Source of the DNA: Amoeboaphelidium protococcarum X5
Lineage: Eukaryota; Fungi; Aphelidiomycota
NCBI GenBank assembly: GCA_023515725.1
Contig: JALDTO010000057.1
Coordinates: forward strand, 186,001-250,000
Direction of reading: 5' to 3'
Length of the DNA stretch: 64,000 nt
The number at the start of each line of letters is the position of its first letter. Within the stretch, counting starts at the first letter, position 1. The notes below the pieces were generated by a model. It made no database searches and had not been told where the DNA came from. It saw only the letters and a program-made list of their open reading frames with translations. The translations under genes and the position numbers were made by a program. Positions 1 to 13,037 of the stretch are shown here, piece after piece.

Positions 1-1470
1 GGATTAACTCTACTTCTTACCACTCGATTTGGATGGCTACTACTACTACTGCTACTACTTGGTCTAATGGTAAGATGACATAGAAGACTTGAGACTCTTA
101 GAACTGTAAAAGCTGTCTTTGCTATACTTCTCAGCCACTACGCGCTTCGCCTTACGTTCATTGACAATGCGAGTCCACTCTCTCAGCTCTTCATCCACAG
201 TGAGCGGGCGTACTTTAAACGGAAGAGAATCTTCTTTCTATAAATCTGATTACTATAAAGAATTAATAATCTGCTTAGTGTAAGCGGGATGTAAGAATCT
301 GATATAACACGACAACTATTCGGTCGAATTCATATCAATGTAAGCAATGCAATCTTTAGAATCAGTTTTAAGAGCATTCATCACAGACTCTGCAATCGCC
401 AACTTCTTAAACATTTTCAATGGAATCTCATAAGCAAGTACAATCGTATCCTTGACAAAGTCGATAGTGGACAGATTCTAGATAGTAGTGGCTGAAGATG
501 GATCATCACCAGTTCTAGGGCGACTTGTACCATCATAATGATGATTCTTCATCTACTACAAGACACGCTATTAACATCGTTTATACAGCTGATAATCCAG
601 ATACTGCTTCTTCAACAGAGACCACGTAGGCTTTTTCATTACGCAAACTTTCATCATTCGAGCAATAATAATTAGCTCTTCCGGTTACAAAGACTATTAC
701 AATTCAGTCAGTAATTCAACATCTGCTGGCTCTCTATCAGATTACAACTTGTCAAGTTTGTGGATCCATTCTTACACTCTATCCAAAGTCTCTTTAGCGT
801 AAATTTGAGTAGATTACTCGGTTGATTACTACTAAGTATTCTAATCAGAATCAGCGGGCTTGAACAATTCCAGACACTCATCCACCAGATAGTAATCTGT
901 AAATTCAATAAACGCGAATCCTTTATTCAGTGCTCTTTTAGCAGCGGTATTACTCACAGACTCTGATACCTACTACTTTTAATCGCTACTTCTGCCATGC
1001 TTTGTATCATTACTACTTTTATCATTATAGTCATTCTTGGGCTGAACGTATTCAATGTGAATGTGTGCAATTTTATTACAACAACCAAGTACAGTCTCGA
1101 GCATAAACTTCAACGCGTATCTAGTCCATTTACGTGGAAATCCTTCAATATAAATAGAGTTGCGCGCATACTAGTTCCCAATACACAGCTTCTAATAATC
1201 ATTCACATCACCAATGGGTAGATATTTAATGCAATCAGTAGCTTTATCATAATGAAATAAGACTTCAATATTATCTTCATGTTTACCACCATCTGGATGC
1301 AGTATGCATTAACGCAACTATTGTGCAGATTTAAAGTAACTCTTTACCTTGTCCAATTTCATCAGATCACCCACTGAAATATATCCATCCACAGAAGCAG
1401 ATTTATCCAATAGATTAAGTAACTACCGATCGCTCTCTATATTCTTGAACAGACTATTCAAATGCTCCAT
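1..1470 (-). CDS. La-related protein, LARP7/Pof8/p65-like (La-motif-like N-terminus, RRM, C-terminal xRRM); 3' end runs off the window
   Basis: With TAR=Gln there is a continuous frame from ATG 1470. It contains SIYIEGFP (RNP2), KGFAFIEF (RNP1) and CIAYID...CYIRF...LTVDEELREWTRI, which resembles the LARP7 xRRM. Confidence 0.6.
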
Positions 1471-1829
1471 CACTACTATACTTTAATATCAATTAAAGCG
1501 ATCACTGTATACTGGTGACGCCGCAATCTAACTGGAAATGAGAAAAGAATCTCTTTTTACGCGTTTCTTCAGTGCTCTCTTATTTCTCTCCCGTAATCTC
1601 TTCTTCGTCTTCTTCGTTATCTCTTCTTCGCCGTAAATATCGTCGCGTTTCAGTTCAGTTTCGCCATTTCTCTTTCTCTTCTCTTCTCTACTCTTACTCT
1701 TCGTCTAAAGGAACGCTTTGTCCGTTAACTTGCTCCTTATTATTACTGCCTGTTTAGTGAGGTGCATTTTAGTTCTTAAAGTCGACGATAAATCTAGAGT
1801 AGAAACAAATCGTATCTGAGTGTATAATT

Positions 1830-3428
1830 ATGGTCAAGGTTAGTGTAAAGTGGAGCGGTAAAAAGTTTGATGATCTTGAGTTGAACTTGAATGAGAGTGG
1901 TGCATTGGAGTTCAAGGGTGTCTTGTATTCCCTGACTGGAGTGGAGGTGGAGCGTTAGAAGATTTTGATCAAAGGTGTCGGTTAGCTGAAGGATGATACT
2001 GATCTGACTAATGCCAAGATCAAGGATGGTGATACTTTCATGATGATGGGAACTCCGGCAGAGAAGCGGTTGAATGAGAGTGAGGTGTAGAAGGTTACAT
2101 TCATTGAAGATCTGAGTGATAGTGAGATTGCCACGGTGGTTGAGAATCTGCCGCCTGGCCTGGTCAATCTGGGCAATACTTGTTATATGAATTCCGTGTT
2201 GTAGTGTCTTTCATGTATGCCCGAGTTGAAGTCTGCTTTGAATTAGGCTACCAATGGTAGTGGTGGTAACAACAACAACTAGACTACCAAGATGCTGGTG
2301 GATAGTATGAGAGACTTGTTCAACTAAATGTCTCCCGCTGGCTCTATTGCTTCAAGTGGTAGCGCTATGAATTAAAAGAGAGAGGCCAAATTGACTCCGC
2401 TCTTCTTTCTGAATGCTCTGCGCATGTATAATCCTCAGTTTGCCCATTAGGAGTCTCTGAGTGGAGCTGAGCGTCAGGTGGCTGTGGCAAAAGGGATGGC
2501 CACTTAGCATTATTCTCAATAAGATGCTGAGGAGTGTTTTGGCTCTATTACTGGTGCTCTGATGGCTCACGGTGGTGCAGTGGGTGAATTTGTGAACAAG
2601 TACATGACGGGCAGTGTTAAGTATACTCTCAAGTCACCAACGGGTGAGGAGGAGTATAGTATGGATACTTTTACAAAGCTCGCCTGTCACATCACTGGCA
2701 CCACGAATAATCTGCAGCAGTCCATAGAGTCATCTTTAAAGGAGACGGTTGAGATGAGAGGACAGGAATGGTAGAAGGTGGGCCGTCTGACCAAATGTCC
2801 ATAATACCTCACCGTGAACATGGTTAGATTCTTTTGGAAGGTTGGCAGCAATGTGAAGGCCAAGATTATGCGCGCTGTCAAGTTTCCATTAGAATTGGAC
2901 ATGTTTGAATTCATGGATAGTGGAACTAGTACTAATAGTAGTGGTGGTAGTGGCAATAACAATAGTAACGAACTGCTACAATTGAGAGAAGTTGTAAAGG
3001 CACAGCTGAGGGCAAGATCGGATTTAAAGCTGGAGAAGGAACGTGCTTTGAAGAGCGGTAAGCCATTCACATAGACTAGACCAGATTATAAGAGTTTTGG
3101 CATAAAGACTTTGGATGATCTCAAGTAGGATCCTTCTATGGTGGCAATGTTGAGCAGCGATGATGGCGCCAATCATCATGGTATTTATCAACTCTCTGCC
3201 GTTCTAACTCACATTGGACGCTCGGCAGATTCTGGTCATTACATGGCATGGGTGCGTGATCAGTCTGCTGTTCCTGGCAATGGCGATGATAGCGATAGTG
3301 GAGTATGGCACAAGTTTGATGACGATGTCGTGTCCAAAGTGTCTGAAGATGATGTTATTAAACTATGTGGTGGTGGAGACTGGCACATGGCTTACATGTT
3401 ATTGTACTCCACCGTCAAACTGCACTGA
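1830..3428 (+). CDS. UBP6: Ubiquitin carboxyl-terminal hydrolase Ubp6/USP14
   Basis: N-terminal UBL (MVKVSVKWSGKK), Cys box GLVNLGNTCYMNSVLQ (Q=TAG), QQDAEE, His box LTHIGRSADSGHY and GGGDWHMAY. 533 codons, ends in TGA. Confidence 0.95.
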
Positions 3429-3569
3429 GTTAACAATTACTCTATCTCTATTGAATCATCATAACTAATTGAAAGATTAAAATAGTTGTATTCACTTTAA
3501 TCTCTTCACAATCTTTTAGTTTAAATTATTTATCTCAGTTTATATAAAAATTCACCCCGGATCAGTCAA

Positions 3570-4742
3570 TCAGTATAATAAGGACTTGATACTTAAAGCA
3601 ACAAAATCTGGCTGCAGATTACCTGCATTCTTCAAAGTCTGTTCATCAGTGACACCGCTCATCACCAGTAGAGTCTTCACTCCACCGTGTTGACCAAATG
3701 CAATATCAGTATCAAGACGATCGCCAACCATAAGACAACGCTTTCTATCCACGTGAAGATTTTAAGTCTCCTCCAACTCTTCCAGAATACAATCTAGCAT
3801 AGCGGCATGAGGTTTACCAAAAATGTGATCAGGCTCGCGTCCAATAGCTGTGCTTATAGAATTAACAGCGCATCCAGTTCCGGGGAATAGATACTATCCA
3901 GTTGGGTACTGAGCATCGGTATTAGTGGCAAAGTAGTGACACGGTTCTGCTGTTGTTGTCGAGGGAGATGAACTATCTACATGAGACTACGCCACCAGGT
4001 GGTTGTAACGCAGATACATATGCGCCTGGGCAATCTTTCGATAGCTCAGATTAAAGTCTGCACCAACAACCACGGCATTTATTTGGGGATCCGGTTTGAT
4101 TAAATCAAATTCATGAGGTGAAAATTCGTGCAATGCATTGTTGGAATCCGCCATCTTAGCACTTAAATCAGTCATTGTAACGGTGGGTATACCCTCTGCA
4201 TGCAACTCATCAATCAGACCACTCTCGCCAATTACGAAAACCTTCTTATTGTTATCATGATGACTATTCTACTCTTGACTTGAAGAAGTAATAGAAGACT
4301 AATTGGTCAGGCAGTAGGGACGGACGTGCTTCTTAATGTAATACGCAGTGGCGAAAGCAGAACTAAAGATGTCAGTCTCCTCCACGAAATCCAGACCGAG
4401 CATCTTGAACTTTTTCATATAATCTCTTCTACTCTTGGTACTATTATTTGAGACGAAAATCAGTTTCTTATTCTACATATGATAGATGGATAGTTTATAA
4501 TATACATTCACCATAATCCTAATGAAATGTCAATCATACTAGGGATCTAAGCATGAGCATGACGTCTTTGGCTCCATCAATCAAATTGTTGCCATTCCAA
4601 ATCACGCCTACATTATAACTAATGACATATTATGAATTGCGTAAATACATATAATAGATTTAATACCATCACAATCGAAAAGGATCAAGTCAACATCATT
4701 GACTAGACGCGTGACTTCTGTAGTGTCTTCTACTCTGATCAT
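3570..4742 (-). CDS. HAD-IIA phosphatase (4-nitrophenylphosphatase/phosphoglycolate phosphatase, Pho13-like); introns at 4608-4666 and 4473-4539
   Basis: FDCDG|VIW motif I is restored across a GT-AG intron. Also VSNNSTKSR, FATNTD, FGKP and MVGDRLDTDIAFG...TLLVMSGVT. Confidence 0.9.
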
Positions 4743-4949
4743 ATCTGATCTGATCTTATCGCAATCGCGTTATCAACTAAATGTATTAAGAGAATATCAA
4801 AAAATTCAATCTAATCTAGTTATGAAAAAAACTTTAATTATTAATTACTTTATTACTGGTTTAATCAATCAACTCAGTCACCTTGGTTAAGAGATGGCAT
4901 CAAATTGTCAGGTTGTAGATCCACCAAATACAAATTATTCTTCATATTC

Positions 4950-5705
4950 TCAATGCTAAAAGATCAAGTTGACCTCATCAAAATCTGGAGGACACCCTTT
5001 TCTGTCAGGCCTCACAACGGTTTCATTCTGACAGCTCTTTGGCAACTGGAACAACGCGTCGTTCTGCGGGCCGATCGTAAAGTCAAACCAGTCGGTGGCG
5101 CCCGGATCATTCGCCTGATTGGTCGTTCTCAGCGGAATACGCAGCTGTTGACCATCCAGAGTAGTGGCGGTCGTGGAATACTCGTACACCGTGTCACCAT
5201 CACCCACCTCACCCAGACGCCACTTCTCTGCCCGTACACCCCTAAACTCTTGAACACCTTCAAACACTGCACCTTGGAGCCAATTAGGAGCCAGCACTGG
5301 CAGGAAAGAATGAGACATAAAGCACTCGGGATCCTGTTATTATTATTTTTCAGCAGATTTGCCTTCAACATCACGCACCACCTCCTTTTCTGAAGTTGTT
5401 GTAGGAAACAGAGAGTAAGTTACACCATCACGAAAGATTATGGAGCACATTATGTTCCACTCATTGTCTAGATTAAGATAGTGATCATAGAAATCAAATC
5501 GATGCTAACTTTCCAACGGTTTCTTTTCATTGTACGCGTAATAAGTCTTGGTCCACCTGGAAGGAGATGCACTCGACTTGGTACCAATTTTGAGCAGGGT
5601 CGCGTTGAATTGCAAAGGTAATACTGGAGGCTCTTTTTCAGAGATAACACCAAGACTCTGAATGGCCTAGATTAGACAAACAGCACCAAGTACAAAAGAT
5701 ATCAT
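4950..5705 (-). CDS. Secreted protein, ependymin-related/At4g14100-like fold candidate
   Basis: Signal peptide MISFVLGAVCLI, then PPVLPLQFNA, PVLAPNWLQGAVFEG...AEKW and C-terminal LFQLPKSC. 252 codons with TAR=Gln. Confidence 0.5.
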
Positions 5706-5900
5706 GACTCAAAGTTTAATGCTGTTAGTTTTCAAGAGAATAGGGAAATTCTTTTTCGTTCTGACAACCCATTTGACCCCTAGAATCGATGAAATGCAGG
5801 AAACCCGGTCAACAGTCAATAAATCGCGCCTAAAATCGACCAAGTAAAAGTTGATGTAATGAGAGGTAACGTAAATTTTTAATATCACACATACATCTGC

Positions 5901-7214
5901 TCACGCGCGTAATAGTTTACTTTTGAGGAACAGAGAGTCTACAGCACCATCCAGCTCTTTCAGTGCCAAAAGTACATTCTCATACAATTCGATGCCTTGA
6001 TCGCCACCCAACTCTTCAGCATTATTATTATTCGCAGACTTTTTTGCCGTTTGATCAGCAGCAGCAGCCACGTCGTCTTCAAACATCACCAAAGTGCCAT
6101 CTGACTGATCCAGAACGCCCTTCAACTCTCCATCCAGAATCAACATGGACAACTTTCTCTCAATCAGAGCGTGGTCAAGACCAATCAACTTGGCTACATG
6201 AGAAATCTGCACTCTGCTATACGGCTCAACCACTCTCAGGATATGAGAGGTTAACAGCATCTCATACAGCTTCTGCAGATGATTCTTCACCAGAATGTCA
6301 GCCTGTAGCTCTTGTGGATACTTTTAAATAGTATCCGTAAATGAATGCAGAGAGCGCTACTTGCTAGCTGTAGAGATAGCCTGCATGGCCTCAATATGAG
6401 TAGACTTGTACTTGTTGGCAATCTTACCATTCACAATGTTAATAACGTCATCCACCTCCTGCAACATAATCTTGGCCAATATCATGTACTTGACACCCAG
6501 CACAGCATTATCTTGATCACCATTACCGAAAGCTCCTTCAGCCACCTCGTAGAAGTAAGAGTACGAAGTCTTGTAATCACGTTCTTCAGCGTGCAAAGTA
6601 CCGGATTGCTTATCCAATTCCACTTGCAATTCTGGTGGACAATAGATGGCATTAGCACTGGTTCTAGCACTGGTCAGCGATGCTCTAGCCTTTGGCAGAT
6701 TTCTCAGCTGCAGAAAGCACTTGCTCTCCAGTAGAAATACATCCACCAACGCTGGTTTATCATCGAGCTTCTTGAGCACTTTCAGCAAGTCATTGATCAG
6801 TGCAAGAGCTTCGCTGTAACGCAGAGACTCTAGATAGATGGAGATTAGCTTTGTCTCCAGAGCTCTAGTTAGAAATTGGAAATTCTCCTTGTTGGCATAG
6901 GCGATCAACTTCTACACGGTTTCAATGACGGCACTGTGCTCTCCCGTGGCGGCCAAGATATCGACCAGTGAGCGAATGATCTTTGACAACTTTGCCTTGG
7001 ACGTACTAGTATACTACTGAGGTACCTGTTCAACCAGATGGACCAAGTCAGCAGTAGCTTTATTATCAGCAAGCAGCTGAGCCAGTTCAAGTAAAGCCTA
7101 CTCCCTCACACTTTCGCTCTACTGCTCGTCAGACACAATCTTTTCATACGCAGCCTTACACTTTTTCCAGTCTCCTGCACTTCTCGCTGCCAGTAAGATA
7201 TCGCTCAAAGTCAT
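5901..7214 (-). CDS. RPN6: 26S proteasome lid subunit Rpn6/PSMD11
   Basis: RASLTSARTSANAIYCPP, LHAEERDYKTSYSYFYE and PCI domain EPYSRVQISHVAKLIGL...ERKLS. 438 codons. Confidence 0.95.
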
Positions 7215-8061
7215 TATATTTTATTTTAGTAACTGGTGTATTAGCTAATAGTTAGAATCAAGTTCACCGTATGCGATGTATGTAAGATTAGCGAACAAGA
7301 AGAAGGGACGGCGGATAGGAATTTGAGTAAAACGAGCACAGCGAGCCGCCTAAGGAAGTTAGAGATCAACTTAATATCGAAAATAATCTTGCTGTCTTAT
7401 CCATTTTATTGAGCAATGAAGCAACACGATAGAATATATATACTATGATTTTTATTTGTCAGAAATTCTAGATTGAAGAAGATAAATTTTGTATGTGCTC
7501 TTTTCAATTGATGCCGTCGGCACGTTTCATATAGTCGCCATATTTTTCAAAGATAGATCGCGGTTTCGAAACTGATGGATCAGAGAGTAAGCGTTTTAAC
7601 CTACGATTAGTATAGAGCTAGGCAGTAATAAAGGGAAAATGGAACTGTCGCCCTATAACAATCTTTATGAAAATTGAAATTTCATTTCTTGACATAGTCT
7701 AAACTTCAATGTGCGGTTACTGCTTGCTACCTATACCCAAGTAAATGCATCGCACTTTGTGACGTGTTTCGCTAAAGTAAATCACACTTTTTGATGTATG
7801 AGTAACTACTTGGCAACAAATGTTCTGCACTTGCGATTACTTTTAAATGATAGAGGAGGTTCAAATATACTGGTAGAGTTAAATTTAATGCAGTCAGATC
7901 TTATTTTATCGCTTTACGGCAATGCCGAATTGAGTCGTCAGCGTCGTTTCAAAGTATTCGCGCGTTCGCTGCACTTTACAATAAGAAAAAGTCTTCCCCA
8001 TCAAATCCACCATTACCGATAGTTATTTATTACAGACAAGAAACAGAGAACGGATAACATC

Positions 8062-8898
8062 ATGTAGAGCATCATCAAGCGTTCTGCTAGACTGTACACC
8101 AGCTAAGCGTCTAGCGCCAATTATCAATACATCATTTCTAATGTGCATGCTGACAAGAAGGTTGGTGTCATTCAGCTGAACCGTCCAAAGTAGTTGAATG
8201 CTCTGTGCGATGGTTTGATGCGCGAAGTTGACTAGGCACTGAAGTCTTTCGACAAGGATGATAATGTGCATGCAGCGATCCTGACTGGAAGTGATAGAGC
8301 TTTCGCTGCTGGTGCTGACATTAAGGAGATGGCTGACACTAACTTGCCTCGCAACTACAAAACCAACTTTCTCGCCCATTGGTCCAATGTTACCCAGTTC
8401 CGTAAGCCTCTGATTGCCGCCGTCTCAGGATTCGCTCTCGGTGGTGGATGTGAACTGGCTATGATGTGTGATATCATAGTCGCTGCGGATAATGCAATAT
8501 TCTCCTAGCCTGAGATCAAGTTGGGAACCATTCCTGGTGCTGGTGGCACGTAGCGATTGTGCTAGAGTGTTGGCAAGAGTAACGCTATGTGGTTGGTGTT
8601 GAGTGGTCAGAACATGACTGCGCAAGAGGCCATGTAGAGAAATTTGGTTACAGCAGTGTTCCCTCAGGCCGATCTGATGAAGGAAGCTACCAAGATGGCC
8701 GAGAAGATTGCCCAACAATCTGTTCCTATCCTGATGATGGCCAAAGAGGCTGTAAATTATAGCTACGACGTTGCCGGTTTGTAACAAGGATTGCAGTATG
8801 AGAGACGTCTGTTCCAGTCCACTTTTGGATTCAAGGATCGCGCTGAAGGTATGAAGGCTTTCGTGGAGAAGAGGAAGCCAAATTTCACTAACGAATGA
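8062..8898 (+). CDS. Mitochondrial enoyl-CoA hydratase (crotonase, ECHS1-like)
   Basis: [47 protein letters not shown] (both Q=TAG) and [14 protein letters not shown]. Confidence 0.95.
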
Positions 8899-9434
8899 TC
8901 TGATTAATTATTAATATATATTACTGGTCTAAAATTTGATTTCTTTTATCTATAGCTTGTCGCAACTACTGTATGTGGTTGGTGCTTCACTACAGTAGAC
9001 GCGCTTTTCATCTCGCGTCAAACTGATCGCTAACGTTCGAATCTTTAAAAACAACCTTAACCGTCGCAATCGCTGAATCTTTTGCCCTCGTTAACTGGAG
9101 CAATTTCTGAGTATTTCTATCGGTAGTGCTGAGGAAATTGACATAAACTCTTGAAATATAATAATAGGTATGATCTGAATGCACGCGTCTTTAATAGGTG
9201 GTTGTATGACGCTGGGTTGAGTGTGCGGATGAGCGATTAGAAAATGTAGAACAATCTACGCGTAATTTCTAAATCATCAATCTACTACATAGACTTCTTT
9301 GGGCTGGCTGCACTTGTGAAGTATAAGCACTCATTAACCAGCCACACCCCTTTGAAGATGCGTTCTCATCGTGTAAAACGTAGACGCTTATCCTCATCAT
9401 CGTTGATTGTAGTTATCATTCATAGTATAACAAA

Positions 9435-9891
9435 ATGGTTCGTATCAGCGTATTAAATGATTGCTTGAATGCCATGTGCAATGCCGAGAAGAGAGGCAAG
9501 AGACAGGTGATGATCCGTCCATCATCCAAGGTGATTGTCAAGTTCTTGTCAGTCATGTAAAAGCACGGTAAGATTAGAATTGTATTGTTACATTTATAAT
9601 TAATCTATAATTATTTTGAGCACTAGTGTAGGATATATTGGCGAGTTTGAGATTATCGATGATCATCGCTCAAACAAGATTGTGGTGCAGTTGAATGGTC
9701 GTCTTAACAAGGCTGGTGTCATTTCCCCTCGTTACTCTGTCCAGGTGAAGGATATCGAGAAGTGGGTGAACAATTTGCTGCCATCCCGTCAGTTTGGCTA
9801 TCTCATCTTCACCACTGATGCTGGTATTATGGATCACGAAGAGGCTAGACGTAAGCACGCTGGTGGTAAGATCTTGGGTTATTTCTATTGA
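9435..9891 (+). CDS. RPS15A: 40S ribosomal protein uS8 (S15a/S22); intron 9568-9631
   Basis: [11 protein letters not shown]...[14 protein letters not shown] (Q=TAA), then a GT-AG intron, then [12 protein letters not shown]...[12 protein letters not shown]. Confidence 0.97.
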
Positions 9892-10066
9892 TCACTTCAT
9901 CTTTATAAAGTTTCATCACTCTTAACATCGCTTTATCTTTTATTTTCATTTTCAGACGCTCTTTTAGTGACGCGTATTTCTCGCTCCTTTCTTTGAACGT
10001 TCATCGGCGCGTTTCGGGCCTCTTTTGTTGGAGACTTTCCACATCATAGTCGCAAATACTTAAGTA

Positions 10067-11065
10067 ATGACACCTGAGGAGCGTAGAGAACGGCGAAGGT
10101 AAAAGATTTTGGAAGGCGGATAGGACAGGTTGTAGCAGATTAGCTCCACACTTTACAAAGGTGGTTAAGCTCCTTCTGATGATGAAATACGGAATGCCGT
10201 TAAGAGCTAGAATACTGATTACAATGTTCAGTCTATAGTAAACAGCGATGAATTGACGCCTAAAGATTAAATCAAGTCGGAGTTTAAGTAATAGTCTTCA
10301 TTGTATGCATAAGAAGAATCCAAGATAGCATCATAATCAGCTCCAGGAAGTTTAATCGATGAATAATCTGATAAACTCAGTGCCATAGATTAATAGTTAC
10401 CTCCATCTTTGCAAGGATCTTAAGAGTTTTTCGCTCCCATCAATGCTAAATAGAATGAAGTCTAAGGTGTCAGATAGAGTTAAACTAAATCTGTGATTCT
10501 AATCTTATGGATGACTCTGTCTGGAATGCTCTATACTTTGCAATAGTTTATGAATGTTGTAGTTGCTGTTCAGAGCCTCGCTGATAGTCCCAAAAGTTTA
10601 CATGCTGATGTTAAACTTCTTGGTGGAGTTGTTGAATGTTCGCGTGATTAATTGAATTATGCTGTTTAGTAATGGAAGTAAGCACTATGGTACGGTGAAG
10701 GTTTAAGCGATTTCCCATTAACGCATTCAGCCTAGTACTTGCACAGGGAATTTCTGTTGAATAGATTACTGCAGTTATGGGGAAGTAAGGTGGAAATGGC
10801 ATTGTCGCGCCTTGGTCTGTTGTCAAAAGGATTTACAACATTCTATGAGCAGATCCTATTAGTGTTTGAAAGTATCCTTTTAGAGGTTATGGCCTTGTAA
10901 GGATGGTAGTTTCTGCTATTATGGTTTGTGGCATCTGCTCTGTTTATTACTGTACTCTCTGTTACATCATTGAGGCTATCATTGACGCATGGTCTCCCTG
11001 CTTTCATAGTTGGCGCGATATTCATGATTTATGCACTGCCCATCATGGCGCTAGTATTGCATTGA
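10067..11065 (+). CDS. GET2/CAML-like tail-anchored protein insertion receptor
   Basis: N-terminal MTPEERRERRRQKILEGGQDRLQQI resembles the Get2/CAML basic motif. A disordered middle is followed by C-terminal hydrophobic segments. 333 codons. Confidence 0.6.
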
Positions 11066-11149
11066 ATATCAAATTATTTATATCTATTTACACTTTAGTT
11101 TATCTGAAGATGTTGATACTTTTCTAATGTTCCTTAAGGGAGAACGTAA

Positions 11150-12040
11150 ATGAGATCACAGCCTTTCACATCATATAATTTGCGCAACGCTTCGTTACGA
11201 CTTTAGTACCAAGCAGAATCCGGAGAGAGATTAATTTACATTTATCAAATATTAAATGGCTGGTGGAAACTATTAGCTTCTAATCTTGCTTTGACATTCC
11301 TATTAACATCTGTGCTCATCATACTTCTGTTGGGGTCTCTCTTGAACTCTTCTGTTTGGTTAGTATGTTATCATTGTGCCCTTTGTGTATATAGTCTGTT
11401 TTAAAGTATCGCCAATCCAATGCTGGATAGTTTGGCTGGATTCGTGAATGAGTTTATATTTAAAATCGTGCATGCCGCCGAAAAAGACAATGTGGTGTCT
11501 GATGGTTTGTCTCGCCAATGTGAGAAGTGGATAGTGTTCCCCTGGAAGGAAGTAACCCGACGTTAAGAGTATAGCAATGGCTTGGAACATTTGTAGGAGG
11601 TTTGGCTCCTCTTCTGTACTACTATCTAACCGGTGTTTATCATAAAATCGGGAAAGGACATGATTGATAGCCACCTCTGTATGTACAGTAAAGATCAACT
11701 ATTAGACACACTCAGCAGCAGCTCTGCGTAATTGATAAATTGCGAACAAAAGCTGAAGGATTCATTATTTATACAATTTAAATGTCAATGTGGCACGGTA
11801 CATCAAAAGAGTTTTCGCATGTTATAATAATGTGGCGCTCATTGCACTCTATGCCAGAAACTTGTTTTGATGGATAAGATGTAGAAGACTTGCATGGAAA
11901 AGTGCCGCGTGACGATACCAAAATAAAATCAATCAGTATGGCAAAAGCATAAAAATAGCATAACATAAAAGTATGGCGTTGATTCTGTATTTAAAATTAA
12001 GTGCGTGAAGGATGGTGCTAATGTCAGAGAGCAAGCGTGA
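11150..12040 (+). CDS. Hypothetical membrane protein with Cys/His-rich C-terminus
   Basis: 297-codon TGA-free frame with N-terminal hydrophobic stretches and later CQCGTVH...CGAHCTLC. Not visible in the standard-code track. Confidence 0.45.
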
Positions 12041-13037
12041 AGATGGCAATGAGGCGCTGTTATTTTATGAAGATCATGAACGAATGGACTTTATTCGACT
12101 GGTTAACTCAATATTTTAAAGTATATGGTGTAAGCAACTTAATTTGGCAACACTTAGACTCTAGTATGGTATGTTCTCTAGTATTGAAAAGTCAACAATA
12201 TACTATTTGATGTAATAAATCGACGTTTGTTACAACGCTAAGTACATCTATATCTCCATTCTAACGCGTTTTCCTAGTTCACCTGTTATTCCATTGGATG
12301 TCTCAAAAATTGGCAATCCTGATCATTGAGCTATGAGGTATTTTATGGTCGAAAATAATGTATTTTGAATGGTAGCTGAAAAAAAATTCAGAAATCAATA
12401 TTCACCATACCTAAACACGTCTTTTAGTTCACGAGTGTCGCGATAGTTGAGCATGATTGAAAGGACGCGTTAGGCTCAATACACCGCGTAACAGTAGCAG
12501 TTCATAAAGTTTAAATTTCATACATTATCGTGTTAAGTTAAGAATTAGGGGATGTTGCGGCTTGAGCATGATCATTTCTCTGGGCCGCGCTATTGCTTCA
12601 GTCAAAAATGCATGTAAAGGAGAAACTTACAAAGCCGTTGACCAACGGCCAAGACTGTATGGTCGGTTAGTGAAGTAAAATCAGCATTAAAGAGCCCAAC
12701 TATCACCGCTAATCCCCTTAAACGTTGTTATAAGCTGTTGAAAAGCTATTGTCTAGCCCGAAAACGCGTACGTTAGAAATTGACGTTGATATTGCGAATC
12801 CCCAAGAAATGGTAGAAAATTTTCCGAAACGAAAAAATAACAGAGCTCCCGGATCACAGTTGCTTGCACCATTATCAAACAGCAACACTAGTGCTATTTC
12901 CCGCAAGTACAACTGTCTAACAGCATTATACATGGGGCGGTGGACTATAAAGCCTTAAATATTCGTCTCCTTGTATAAAGGAATAGTATTATCAAAATCT
13001 CCCATTTTCAACTTTCCATCTTGACACACACATAACT

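Noticed and set aside
1559-12470. ACGCGT (MCB-like) sites in intergenic DNA at 1559, 9183, 9258, 9970, 12264 and 12465 (also 56587)
   Set aside because: The hexamer also occurs in coding regions and the neighbouring genes are not G1/S genes. Enrichment cannot be shown without counting.
12100-13030. Possible gene between the 11150-12040 ORF and AOX
   Set aside because: The frames I examined are interrupted by TGA and contain no recognisable motif.
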